Below, one piece after another: positions 53,711 through 64,000 of a stretch of DNA of 64,000 bases. The stretch spans positions 250,748-314,747 of the forward strand of contig NMRA01000290.1 in assembly GCA_002633005.1 (NCBI GenBank). The letters run 5' to 3'. The DNA is from Phoronis australis. Its lineage: Eukaryota > Animalia > Phoronida. Positions within the stretch are counted from its first letter, which is position 1; every line of letters starts with the position of its first letter. Below the pieces are notes generated by a model. It did not search any database. It saw nothing but the letters and a program-made list of their open reading frames with translations, and was not told the origin of the DNA. A program made the position numbers and the translations under genes.

Positions 53711-55011
53711 TGGGACATTAACTTCAAATATTCCCTCACCTGAAATGAGCTGCCTTAAGCGACTTATATTCATTTCAGACAACTTTGTTCAAGCTATTCC
53801 CATAATGGTTTCATGTAACTTTATCATGAATAAGTAGACACCTAACTATTTAATGAACAGTTGAAGTACTCAGGCTACAAGTATAACAGCTGTACAGGTT
53901 ACTAATGGTAATAGGATATCTCGGCGCCAAGGATTGAATTTCTCATAAAAATTTAAGTACTAATAGTATATCATAAAACTATGTTTTTAATTTAAAATCC
54001 TCGAAGACCACAGAATCTATAATCATGTGCATGAAAGCATTGATCAATTGTTTATAATCACGATTTCATTTTTTTCATGGATATTGGAACTTTTCCACAA
54101 ACAAATTTTGTTCAGATGGTGCTTGGAAATTCCGTTTCTTTATTTTATTAGCTACATGTGTCTAACGCGCTTTTGTAGCCAACAGAATAAAGAAACAGAA
54201 TTTCCATGTTTCATGGTAAAAAAATTACCTCTATGGGAAATTAATGCGATCTCTGTATAAAATCAATTTTAGAAGAAATGCAGTCACATGATCACGAACA
54301 TCTGGGCATCATTTAAGTTTACAAAGAATGATTCTGTGATCATCAAGGGTTTTAAAAATANTGGGACATTAACTTCAAATATTCCCTCACCTGAAATGAG
54401 CTGCCTTAAGCGACTTATATTCATTTCAGACAACTTTGTTCAAGCTATTCCCATAATGGTTTCATGTCACTTTATCATGAATAAGTAGACACCCAACTAT
54501 TTAATGAACAGTTGAAGTACTCAGGCTACAAGTATAACAGCTGTACAGGTTACTAATGGTAATAGGATATCTCGGCGCCAAGGATTGAATTTCTCATAAA
54601 AATTGAAGTACTAATAGTATATCATAAAACTATGTTTTTAATTTAAAATCCTCGAAGACCACAGAATCTATAATCATGTGCATGAAAGCATTGATCAATT
54701 GTTTATAATCACGATTTCATTTTTTTCATGGATATTGGAACTTTTCCACAAACAAATTTTGTTCAGATGGTGCTTGGAAATTCCGTTTCTTTATTTTATT
54801 AGCTACATGTGTCTAACGCGCTTTTGTAGCCAACAGAATAAAGAAACAGAATTTCCATGTTTCATGGTAAAAAAATTACCTCTGTGGGAAATTAATGCGA
54901 TCTCTGTATAAAATCAATTTTAGAAGAAATGCAGTCACATGATGACGAACATCTGGGCATCATTTAAGTTTACAAAGAATGATTCTGTGATCATCAAGGG
55001 TTTTAAAAATA
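53711..55011 (+). repeat. 650-bp tandem duplicate joined at the N at 54361 (probable haplotype overlap)
   Basis: 53711-54360 versus 54362-55011; five substitutions found by eye. Confidence 0.95.
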
Positions 55012-55108
55012 TAAAGTTTTGTGGGACTACTAATACTTATAAACAAGTTTTTCATCCTAGGTACCAATGGTATTTTATCTTATTAAGGAAAATTACAAAA
55101 TCATGTAT

Positions 55109-55138
55109 TACAATACAATACAATACAATACAATACAA
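55109..55138 (+). repeat. (TACAA)n microsatellite
   Basis: About 6 units read directly. Confidence 0.9.
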
Positions 55139-56063
55139 ATATCAATTTCCAGACAAAATATATGTGCAAGGGTACTTGTTCAGGATAATGTCAATAACAG
55201 AAAACCTGAAGTACATCGACAGAAATTGTGAAAGATTACGTGTACATTTATGTATTTACAGACAGATGCACCTGATCTTTCACATGAATATGACAATAAA
55301 TTCTATTGTCTTTAGCTCTGGTATACTGATTCAGCATTGAAACCGAATTTGTTTTTTCACACTGGATGTAGACAAGATCAAACATGACTGACACATCCTG
55401 AGGAAGACATGACCTCGTAAACAAAACCCCTTGAAGTCCTCATCTAGTCTGAAGGCTTCTAATAACAAACAAACTTTGTATTGGGTAAGGATACTACACT
55501 TGAGGCTACTGAAAATCAAACCTTTACATTTTTAAGTCACCACACAGCAAATACATGAAACAGTTACATTAAAGACCCACACGGCACTAATTAAGTCAAG
55601 TCAAAACCTTGAACCAAACAGTGGCTTTCAATTAACAATTCGTATACATACAAACATATACATATAATATTCTTATAAATGAACAGTCATAACTGTGACT
55701 AAGGAGCAAGAGATATTTTAGAAAATAACAATTCTCGAAGGTGTGTTCAGGAGAAATAAAATAAGTGCTCCAACTACATTTCAGAAAATGAACTCCATAT
55801 GACATAATATCTAAAAGCTTTTCTCTAGCGCACCTCCTTAATCCTAACACAACTATAACCGAAGGTGAAGAAATAGAGATAAGTTTTCATTTAAAAAGAA
55901 GGTAAAACATCCATCACCATCACCATGTGCATCAGTAGGTACCTTGAACACTAAAAAAATTTACTGGTTCTAAAATATTTTTATGTAAATATTTTACAGT
56001 TCCATCACTGAAATACAAACTGAAACATTTGAGCACGTACAAAGTTATCAATACCAAACTGTA

Positions 56064-56170
56064 GAGGAGGCAGTGTGGCCTAATATGATATGTGGCTACT
56101 TTCCTTACTCAAGGTTGTGGTTTCAAGCTCCACTGGGACCCACTGCTAAACCCTTGAGTCAGGTTTCTAG
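56064..56170 (+). mobile_element. Degenerate tRNA-derived SINE head
   Basis: GGCAGTGTGGCCTAAT (A-box-like), AAGGTTGTGGTTTCAAGCTCC (B-box-like), then CCCTTGAG.CAGG; I could not fold it as a tRNA. Confidence 0.55.
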
Positions 56171-57669
56171 CTCCTCAGACCGGTTTTAACTATGTATTAA
56201 TAAAGCATAAAAATAGTTCCAAGTGATTAGTGCAATGGGCCCACATGCGCAGCCTGCGCACGTCTGGTACAACGTGCATCAGACTGCCTGCTATTGTTTT
56301 TTTATTTATAAATACCAAACTGTCAGTTCTTTTGCATCAGTGACATCACCAATAAGTTTACTAAGATTTACAGGACTTTAATGAAAAAAGTGCCTAAATT
56401 TTAGATAAGGTATTGAACTTTTTTCAAATGCCACAAAAATACAAGCTAGCAGGGTTTCAAATGCTGTGGCTTGCCTAATCAGCCACAAGCACCCAACGAT
56501 TGGCCATAAAACAATTGCCTAATATGATGGAAAAACTACTAATGCAGTTGTTAATAGTAGCGTACTTGCTCATGAAACCACGGTAAAGTTTCTTCAGATT
56601 AGAACACAATATGATGGAACAGTAAAAATCATTTTATCAAAATTTTCAACCTGGGTAAACAATAAGACAATATTTTACTTCAGGATTTGGAAATTGTATA
56701 TAGTACGCCTATCGACAATAAACACGCAATGAAATTTTGAACCTCCTTGGCAATAGTGATCGTTTGAAAAACAAAAAATGACAATTTTGACCATTATTTT
56801 TGTTCGAATTTGAGGAAACTACCATATTAAAGGTGAGTACATAGAATTATGCTTGACCTACAAATATCTCAATCTGCAAAACTAATGGCAACTTTTCTCA
56901 TAGCAGTAATCATTAGTGAAACCGGTAAATGAGTATTCAATAACAGCAGCTCTCTTTCACAAGCTTCATAGAATACGTGAGATATACGAGCTCTATTCAG
57001 CTTCAAAGCCAGTGTTACACCAACTGGCCACAGGCTGGCTTTGAAGCTGGATAGAGCCAATAAAACTCAAGTTTGCAACGAATGTCGCATGTGTAACAAC
57101 AGATTTTAACAGGGTTTGCAATTATGGGTATTAAAACACCCATCACTACAAATCCAGTTAATATCCAACCCATTGTATTGCAACATGATATTCAAAAAAC
57201 TTTGGGTGCTGTTCATAGCTATGGCATTAACTTTTCAAAAAACGAAGGCATTTCATCACTTATTTCAAGCAAAAACATCTGTCAGAATTCTCATTTTCTG
57301 TTTTCTAGGTCAACTATATTGGTGCATATAATGCAGACTTTACCAAATGCGGTTTTCAGACATCTGCTCACTACAAACCAAGCTTACAATGGAACAAAAA
57401 ACTCAAATAGTTATTTTTGTTATAAAACATGACTTTTCTGTCACATTGTGTACTAATTTGGAGAAGAATAATCGTAATAAAAATCATTCTAGAACCAGCA
57501 CGCGGAAAGCTTAGTATAAACACATATAATCATTCAAGAAACAAGGTAAGGCATTTTAACTCAAACACCAGGCCTGTCTCATATGGCGTCAAGAATAACT
57601 GTGCATTACTGACGCAATGAAAGAGTGCTCCATTCGGCGTGGCCTTCAAATTTTTCTCTTCTAGCACAA

Positions 57670-57881
57670 TCAGCTGTCCTTTACAGTTTGTGTTTGTTCG
57701 CTGGATTTCTTGACAAAATCAGAGACTATAAGCCGATAGAAGAGTATGATATTCATAGCAGTCATAATGGCCAGGCCCACACTGCCAATTGAATAGTAAA
57801 GTAGGGGTACTTCATCCCTGTGTAAGAAAATCCAACGTGTCATCCAAGCCAGTGTGGCGATACGAAAACAAATGAAAGTAC
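57670..57881 (-). CDS. TLCD1/2-like: TLCD-B last exon (G-TFICFRIATL...TVKDS*)
   Basis: Acceptor tttcttcatttcag|; 212 nt to TGA. Confidence 0.93.
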
Positions 57882-60800
57882 CTGAAATGAAGAAAAAACA
57901 CTTCAATTTAAGGTGTCTCACTGAGCAATGTTCAATGCAGCTACGAATTCGCTTATGTTATGTTCCTGTTATATTCGAAGAACATACACATATCTTCGTT
58001 GATTCTGAATATTTACTTTGTTTGGCATCACTGGTTTTTGATTTCGCAACCATCCACTAGACAAATAAAGACTTAATTTGAAAAGTTTGTAAAAAGTACA
58101 ATATTTATAAATTTTTCAAAGGGTAACAGAAAATAAAGAGAAAATAAGACAAAAAGTACAATGACAGTTGTTAAAGAGAGATTACCATGCAACACCATGC
58201 ACGCAATACTCACCTAAGTTGACCAGACTGTTGTAACGATAAAGAGAGATTACCATGCAACACCATGCACACAATACTCACCTAAGTTGACCAGACTGTT
58301 GTAACGATAAAGCTTCGTCTTTCTATAGCCGCAAACTTGCAGAAGTTGCCTGGCGTGCAGGAATACACTATTGACCTCAACCAATAAGGAGACTACAGCG
58401 TAGCCAACGTAAGTGTGCTTGAAGACAGCGATACCAAAACAAACAATNTTGAGGTATTTGAATTGAAAAAACATTCATATCCCCACATTGATCTAATATT
58501 GTTTTCTTCTCTCTTAGTAAAGTGTGTGTCCTGTAGGCAATAGATGGAATATTGTTTTTCTCCTAAATAATTGAGTACATCTTTTCGTTTTTCATGGAGA
58601 CCCAGCCCTCTGCAGTTCAATGACGTTACTTTAAGTTCACGTGTCATCATTACAACGGTTATGTACATATATCAAATGACAATCAAATAATAATGGTACA
58701 ATCCTGACCCATTCACACCACATACAAACAAAACAAAACAAAAACAACACATCCACGAGCACATCACCTAAGTTGACCAGACTGTTGTAACGATAAAGAG
58801 AGATTACCATGCAACACCATGCACACAATACTCACCTAAGTTGACCAGACTGTTGTAACGATAAATCTTCGTCTTCCTATAGCCGCAAACTTGCAGAAGT
58901 TGCCTGGCGTGCAGGAATACACTATTGACCTCAACCAATAAGGAGACTACAGCGTAGCCAACGTAAGTGTGCTTGAAGACAGCGATACCAAAACAAACAA
59001 TCACCTGTAATACCAACAGAAGGTAACAAGAAAGTGTTGCCTGAAAAAATTGGATTCTGAAGACCAAACGTCTTGTGAAAAAGGGAGATCTCGCAAGACC
59101 TTACAAAATCATCATTAGTGAATGGCATGTGTTTCCTTATCACGGGAGCTGACTAGCCTAACTTAGTAAAATGGTGGCCAGTGATGTGATTGGTCGATGA
59201 GGTTGCAATGTTCAATTATGGGGTTGAATTCAAATTATGAGACACAATTCGCTGTTTCTATTTCATAATCGAAGATTTGTCACCAAACATTTGGGGCTTG
59301 GAGGGGTAACTAGTCCACATGTTGGCTTAAATTTTGCAGAGGGTTGTATGTCATGGGTGTCCTTCACACGCAAAATGCTTTTTGAGACTGATATGCAAAG
59401 TCAGTGAAAGCAGCCATTTGTAAGCCCAACTCTTAGTCGTACAATTGTCCCAGTTGGACAGTGTAACTAAACGCAGCTTAACAGAGGGTTCACTGTCCTA
59501 TTTTTTAATGTTTGCTACAAAAAATACAATGTACAGCAATAAGAGTTAAGCCCAGAAAGTGCTGGAATGGGTGAAAAGATAACTGTTTGATTACCCCCTA
59601 TGGATAGGCACCTGTGAGTCGGAGACCATCAAGCTTTACTCAGATTTGACTCCAACCTAACGAATGACCAATAGCATCATATAGTTCGAGTAAAATAAAA
59701 ATTCACACGATGTGAAAGATCACATTTTGGTGAAGTTTTAAATTAAGTTTGAAAAGAAATACGTGACAGCAGATCTATCTCATTCACTAAATTCTTTAAA
59801 AAATCCTATATCAATTGGATAAGTTAACGTCATTCAATTTAAAAGGGAAAGGAACCATTTTTGACATTACCTTTAAAAACAAGACAACCAGTCTGTGTGG
59901 TTTGGCAGACAACAAGAAACGCATCAAAAATAATTAAAATGGCCACAACATGGTACAAAATGTGTGTCAAATTCATCACAATAAGGAAAGGTGCTGCTGT
60001 CTTCATAGCAGAAACTTGCTTGCCAAATTTTATGACAAAATGTTACGGAACTCTAAAGACTAAGAGGCAAATGTAAAAACTAAAATTGCCACTAGGAGGC
60101 ACAGCAGGAGTCTGAGCCATATTAAGTCATGAGCAGCCACTGTCACATTTACAAAAAACACTTGCAAAATTCCACAAAGATCCTACAAAGGATTCAGAAA
60201 GCTACAGCTGAGGATGGAAAAATGACAAATCATCACTACAAGATGCTATAGTTGTCAATGACAACCAAGGTCTTCTCAAGACAGCCTTTCACGGAAACAA
60301 GACAGAAACTCAAAAAAACTGTCTAGAATTCATGTCAAAAGGTAGCTTACTTGACTAGACAGAAGATAAAACGTTTTGAGAAACGCGCGATAGAAAAAAG
60401 TCAGCTTTTGGCCATGCATAGTCATATTTCTAACTCTTGGCTCAAGTCAACAGACAACAGCACATACGGTAGTCTCTTTGTGAAACAGGTCAGGTCCCAG
60501 TTGACATCAAAAAACGTCCCGAGTACCCCTTTAAAATATAAGTAACTAAAATGGGTGAAACAAGTGATTTCATATTGATGAGGGATGCAACAACAAATTT
60601 GTTTTTCAAACTCTTTTCCCCCAATTTTTTTCTGTATCCCTATCTGCCATGTTGTTATCAATTTCGTTATGAATCAATTCACCCAGTTTTTACCAGCGAG
60701 ACCTTTGGCCTACCGATCACCTATTTGCCCTATAAAATCCTTTCATACTAACTTAACTCCGGTAGGAGTGGAGTGTCGACATAAACTCGTAGTTAACGGC

Positions 60801-61371
60801 ATCGAAGTAAACGGTAGGTGACGCTGTCGTCATGGAAGCAATCGTAAGGTAGCCCTTATGCATCCCATGCATGCTAAGATTTATTTTAATGTGACAATTT
60901 GAGAACATTTACGTGTGCTAATTGACATGAAACTTATTTCAAATTCAATTAGTAATTATTCGAGAAAAATATAAGCAACTATTAGCCATGACACTGCCGT
61001 TTAATTGCTGACAATAGCAGTGGTCCCTGGCGATAACTTCGACAAGTCCAAAGTTACCAGTTCATACCTCATCGCAGCGTCCATGCCCCACTGTTAAATC
61101 TGCCTGTTTACTGCGAAGTTAACTGCCACTGTTAACTTCGATCCAGGACTGAAGTTAACCGATCACACTGACCGCAAGTCCCCAAAACAACGACACGTCG
61201 ACGTTAGTATGAAAGGGCCTATGGTGCACTATTAGACAAAGACCATCAGATCTACCAATGAGAACACACTGTAGCCACCCAAACTTACAACAACATGGTG
61301 TCCAAGTAGCTCGTACGATTCTCTCTTCCGATGGTACAAGAGCATGTGCAAACAGTCATGCAAAAAATAAC
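57670..61371 (-). CDS. TLCD1/2-like: TLCD1/2-like paralog B, 5'-partial: complement join(61289..61371,58836..59004,57670..57881)
   Basis: In-frame exons giving GYFLHDC..ELLGHHVV, LLVEVNSVFLHARQLL, VNLGTFICFRIATLAWMTRW, MNIILFYRLIVSDF. No upstream exons found before 64000. Confidence 0.92.
58172..58312. repeat. 68-bp tandem duplication containing the TLCD-B exon end and splice donor
   Basis: Period 68 (58172/58240); the same arrangement recurs at 58764-58866. Confidence 0.92.
58282..58447 (-). other. Second copy of the TLCD-B penultimate exon (no acceptor, first codon missing; probable alternate haplotype)
   Basis: Matches 58836..59001 except for two substitutions (I/L, and AGG/AGA) and begins exactly at the N at 58448. 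Confidence 0.85.
58449..58763 (-). mobile_element. L1/Tx1-type non-LTR retrotransposon: T-rich leader plus start of ORF2 (APE endonuclease), cut by the assembly gap
   Basis: From ATG 58650: MMTRELKVTSLNCRGLG..KRKDVLNYL....YSIYCLQDTH, matching the APE motifs 'SLNxRGL' and 'I.CLQETH'; frame open up to the N. Confidence 0.88.
58836..59004 (-). CDS. TLCD1/2-like: TLCD-B penultimate exon (VIVCFGIAVFK...NSLVNL-G)
   Basis: Acceptor gtattacag|, donor G|gtgagt; 169 nt, phase 0/1. Confidence 0.92.
60739..61216. mobile_element. ~480-bp MITE with TIR CCTTTCATACTAAC
   Basis: Perfect 14-bp TIR (60739-52 / 61203-16); a diverged inverted copy lies at 4550-5053. Confidence 0.75.
61289..61371 (-). CDS. TLCD1/2-like: TLCD-B 83-nt exon (GYFLHDCLHMLLYHRKRESYELLGHHVV)
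   Basis: Acceptor ccttttccag|, donor |gtaagt; same length and phase as TLCD-A exon 3. Confidence 0.93.
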
Positions 61372-63448
61372 CTGGAAAAGGACAGAAAGACACACTGAGA
61401 GATAGATACGCCTGCAGTAATTTCTTCAGTTTTGTCACTTTCGTAGTTTTCAAATGTAGCCTTTCATCCTACAAATAACCAAGCTTACATAGGAGTGTTG
61501 TTATAAACTAAGCTAGAATGAAGTAAAATCCTTGAATTTTGTTAAAAAATTCAAAAAATATAATTCCACTTGTTTGCCATGTAATTTATTCAACTCATTA
61601 ATCATATTTAATTATAAATGTAACTATGCATTTGGCACAGGTTCCCAGCCCAGGCAACAGCTCAGAACTTTTTCTTTACTGTATTTTTTAAGAAAGTAGA
61701 TTATTTGAAAGACAACAGGGGCCTGTTACATGAAAAGTGACTTAATACTGAATGCGGTGTTTCGTTCCACACAACCTTTTTTGAAAAATAATGAAATCTC
61801 ACTTGAGCAAAAACACAGTCTCTCAGAATAAACACACAACTTCTAGATACTAAGAAAAGATAATTTCTATAAATTATGTCTAGACAGTAATGCGCTCATA
61901 TTTACTTGGCTAAATCTTTTCCAGCAATTATGAAATGGGAGCGAAAGACCCAAATTTCTACCTTAAGTCACCTTCATGAAACAGAGCCCAGTTGTTACAT
62001 AAAATGACAGACATAACACATTTGATGATCAGACTACACAGTGTCTTCTGTAATTTAGTAGAAAAAAATACAGGGTCTAAAAGAAAGGATAAAAAATGGC
62101 TTAACATCAACATCTGGCATTTTGAAAAATGCTCCGGCATTGTCTCAAATATTTATACCCACTTCCGCTAAAAGAAATCTCAGTTCAAAATAAGACTAAT
62201 GCCTAGCTCCATTTTAAGAACTATCAAGTTTCAAAAATGTAACAAAAAGAATAGGATTTCTGATGAGGACAGAGGTTTAACCCCCTGTAGTTCCACTATC
62301 ACAATGCTAGACTTCTATACTGCTAATCAAGTAGAACAGGTCACTTACTCAATGAGTAGAAATTACGATATCTTTCCACTCACTTTGCATGGAAATTATT
62401 GCCCAAATGGTCATTTTTCAAATAGTGGAAACTTTACCAAATGTTGTTTCATACCGACTACACATTACAAACCAAGTTAGTTGAGAAGAAATTTGGCAAA
62501 AGAGAATTTCACTTGTCAGCCATATTGTGTGCTAAAAATGTGAAGTGTTTGATAACTGGGTGTGCCTTATTTAAACATTCAAAAGCAATGAAGATGAGCA
62601 CACACATATTTTACAATAAAATCAAAAAAGAACACGAGTCATTTAAACTCTATCATTACATCATCACTGAAGTTTTAAGCAGTATACCAAATTCAAAATG
62701 TAATAAACCATTTTAAAATCCAACAAAATAACTGATTAAACAGCACTACACACTCACAAAAACTAGAAACTTTTCTTCTAGTAAGTTATGCTGTTTTTTT
62801 TTCAACAAAATCTTAGTTATTTTATACACAATTTTTATCAGAGGCAATCTTTCATTGCATGAACACAAAACAATCTTGGTAAATTAAAAAAGTTATAAAC
62901 TAAATGTTGAAAGGACGTTTTCAAACTTGTGGTGAAATTTCACCAATATCGAATAAAAATAATTGCACTTTTTATTTCTCAAGGTTTCATACAATACACA
63001 TTAGTGATGATAATATGAAAAAAGTAAAGCATTAATTGTTGTTACTTAACTTTTCTAAAAATTTATGAATACTATTTCATTTGTCTCGCGTGCCTTATTG
63101 CAAAGATCAATCAAAGACACAACATCATTGTCTCCATCTAGTGTTATGGAAAGTATCAAGCCAACATACCAGTATATCAATGCAAAACAGAAAGTGATAA
63201 CCAGTTCTTCTAAAACCTTGTCATGTCTGACCTTGACAAAAAAAATTTCAGAACACTTTCATATTGATACCAAGTGTAATTAAAATAGATCAAGTGTTAT
63301 GTGGATTTAACGATCTAATAAACAAACAGTTTAAACTAATCAATTTCTGGGGAAAAGTTGCCGATCTGATCAAGACTCATTCTTAACCACTGAACACAGT
63401 GTTCTCCACGTCCACTTTTAACGTGTCGCAGCGTCCTGTTTGGCCGAG

Positions 63449-63548
63449 CGCGAGTCCTGTTTAAATGTCCCGCGTCCTGTTTAAAAATCCACAGCCTGTT
63501 TAAAAATCCCGCGACCAGTTTAAAAATATAGGGACTACTTTTTAAAAA
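63449..63548 (+). repeat. Degenerate ~20-bp tandem array (CGCGTCCTGTTTAAAAATCC)
   Basis: 4-5 decaying units; may be the subterminal array of a DNA transposon. Confidence 0.75.
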
Positions 63549-64000
63549 AGGCGTCGTCGTCGTTAATAAGTTCTTCACTGGTTCAAATTACGCTTGACAG
63601 CAACTGGCCATAGCCCATTGAAACTGAATAAAGGCTAAGCCTAAGGAAGTGGGTGGTCTCTTGTGGACAGCCTAATCACCGGACTCACTCAAGCGGCAGA
63701 CCGGGGCCCACCAGTCTATTTATGATGTAACGCGGGTGTAAATAATCTCTCAATTATCTTTTCAATTCATCCTGAACAACTAGTTAATTTAAACAAAGGC
63801 CCAGTGCTACCTATACGCCTAATCCACTACCTGCTCACTGGAGGTGCAGTCCGGTACGAAAGTCGCTGATCGTTGCGTTAGGCCTTTTCGCTTTTGCAGT
63901 CACCTTTTTGTGTTCGGCGGAGAACTAATCATGTTACCCGTTGAAAATAAAATAATTAAGGCTCGGTGGTTAGTTCCGCAAAGTATATGTTGTCAGCAAA

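Noticed and set aside
54027-54911. Two identical 77-aa ORFs (54027 and 54678)
   Set aside because: They result from the N-joined 650-bp duplicate; AT-rich, no coding signature.
56064-56140. tRNA gene
   Set aside because: A/B boxes are degenerate and no cloverleaf could be formed; treated as a SINE head.
58282-58447. Mutually exclusive duplicated exon in TLCD-B
   Set aside because: The copy has no acceptor, starts exactly at an N and differs by only 2 SNPs; better explained as the other allele.
61972-62047. Candidate upstream exon of TLCD-B (AG...G|GT on the minus strand)
   Set aside because: 76 nt with a stop in the required frame and no TLC similarity.

Overview
AT-rich, intron-rich eukaryotic (animal) genomic DNA; the repeat types suggest a marine invertebrate such as a non-vertebrate deuterostome, but that is inference. 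Most entries in the ORF track are spurious. Three spliced genes can be built by hand with canonical GT-AG sites and consistent phases: (1) a six-exon, 339-aa coiled-coil protein on the + strand (2939-11170) that I do not recognise; (2) a complete four-exon, 283-aa TLC-domain (TLCD1/2-like) gene on the - strand (46588-21932) with a ~21 kb first intron; (3) the last three exons of a second, head-to-tail TLCD1/2-like paralog (61371-57670), whose 5' exons were not found and probably lie beyond the window. Introns and intergenic DNA hold many non-autonomous DNA transposons (TA-flanked Tc2/pogo-like, TTAA-flanked Kolobok-like, Harbinger-like), LINE fragments and a degenerate tRNA-SINE. All three single-N positions (36532, 54361, 58448) are flanked by near-identical duplications that look like two haplotypes joined by the assembler; two of them expose apparently polymorphic TE insertions. 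The most unexpected signal is an orphan cytochrome P450 (CYP4-like) exon fragment with an intact splice donor, wedged between MITE pieces in the TLCD intron. I found no convincing wholly new multi-gene system.
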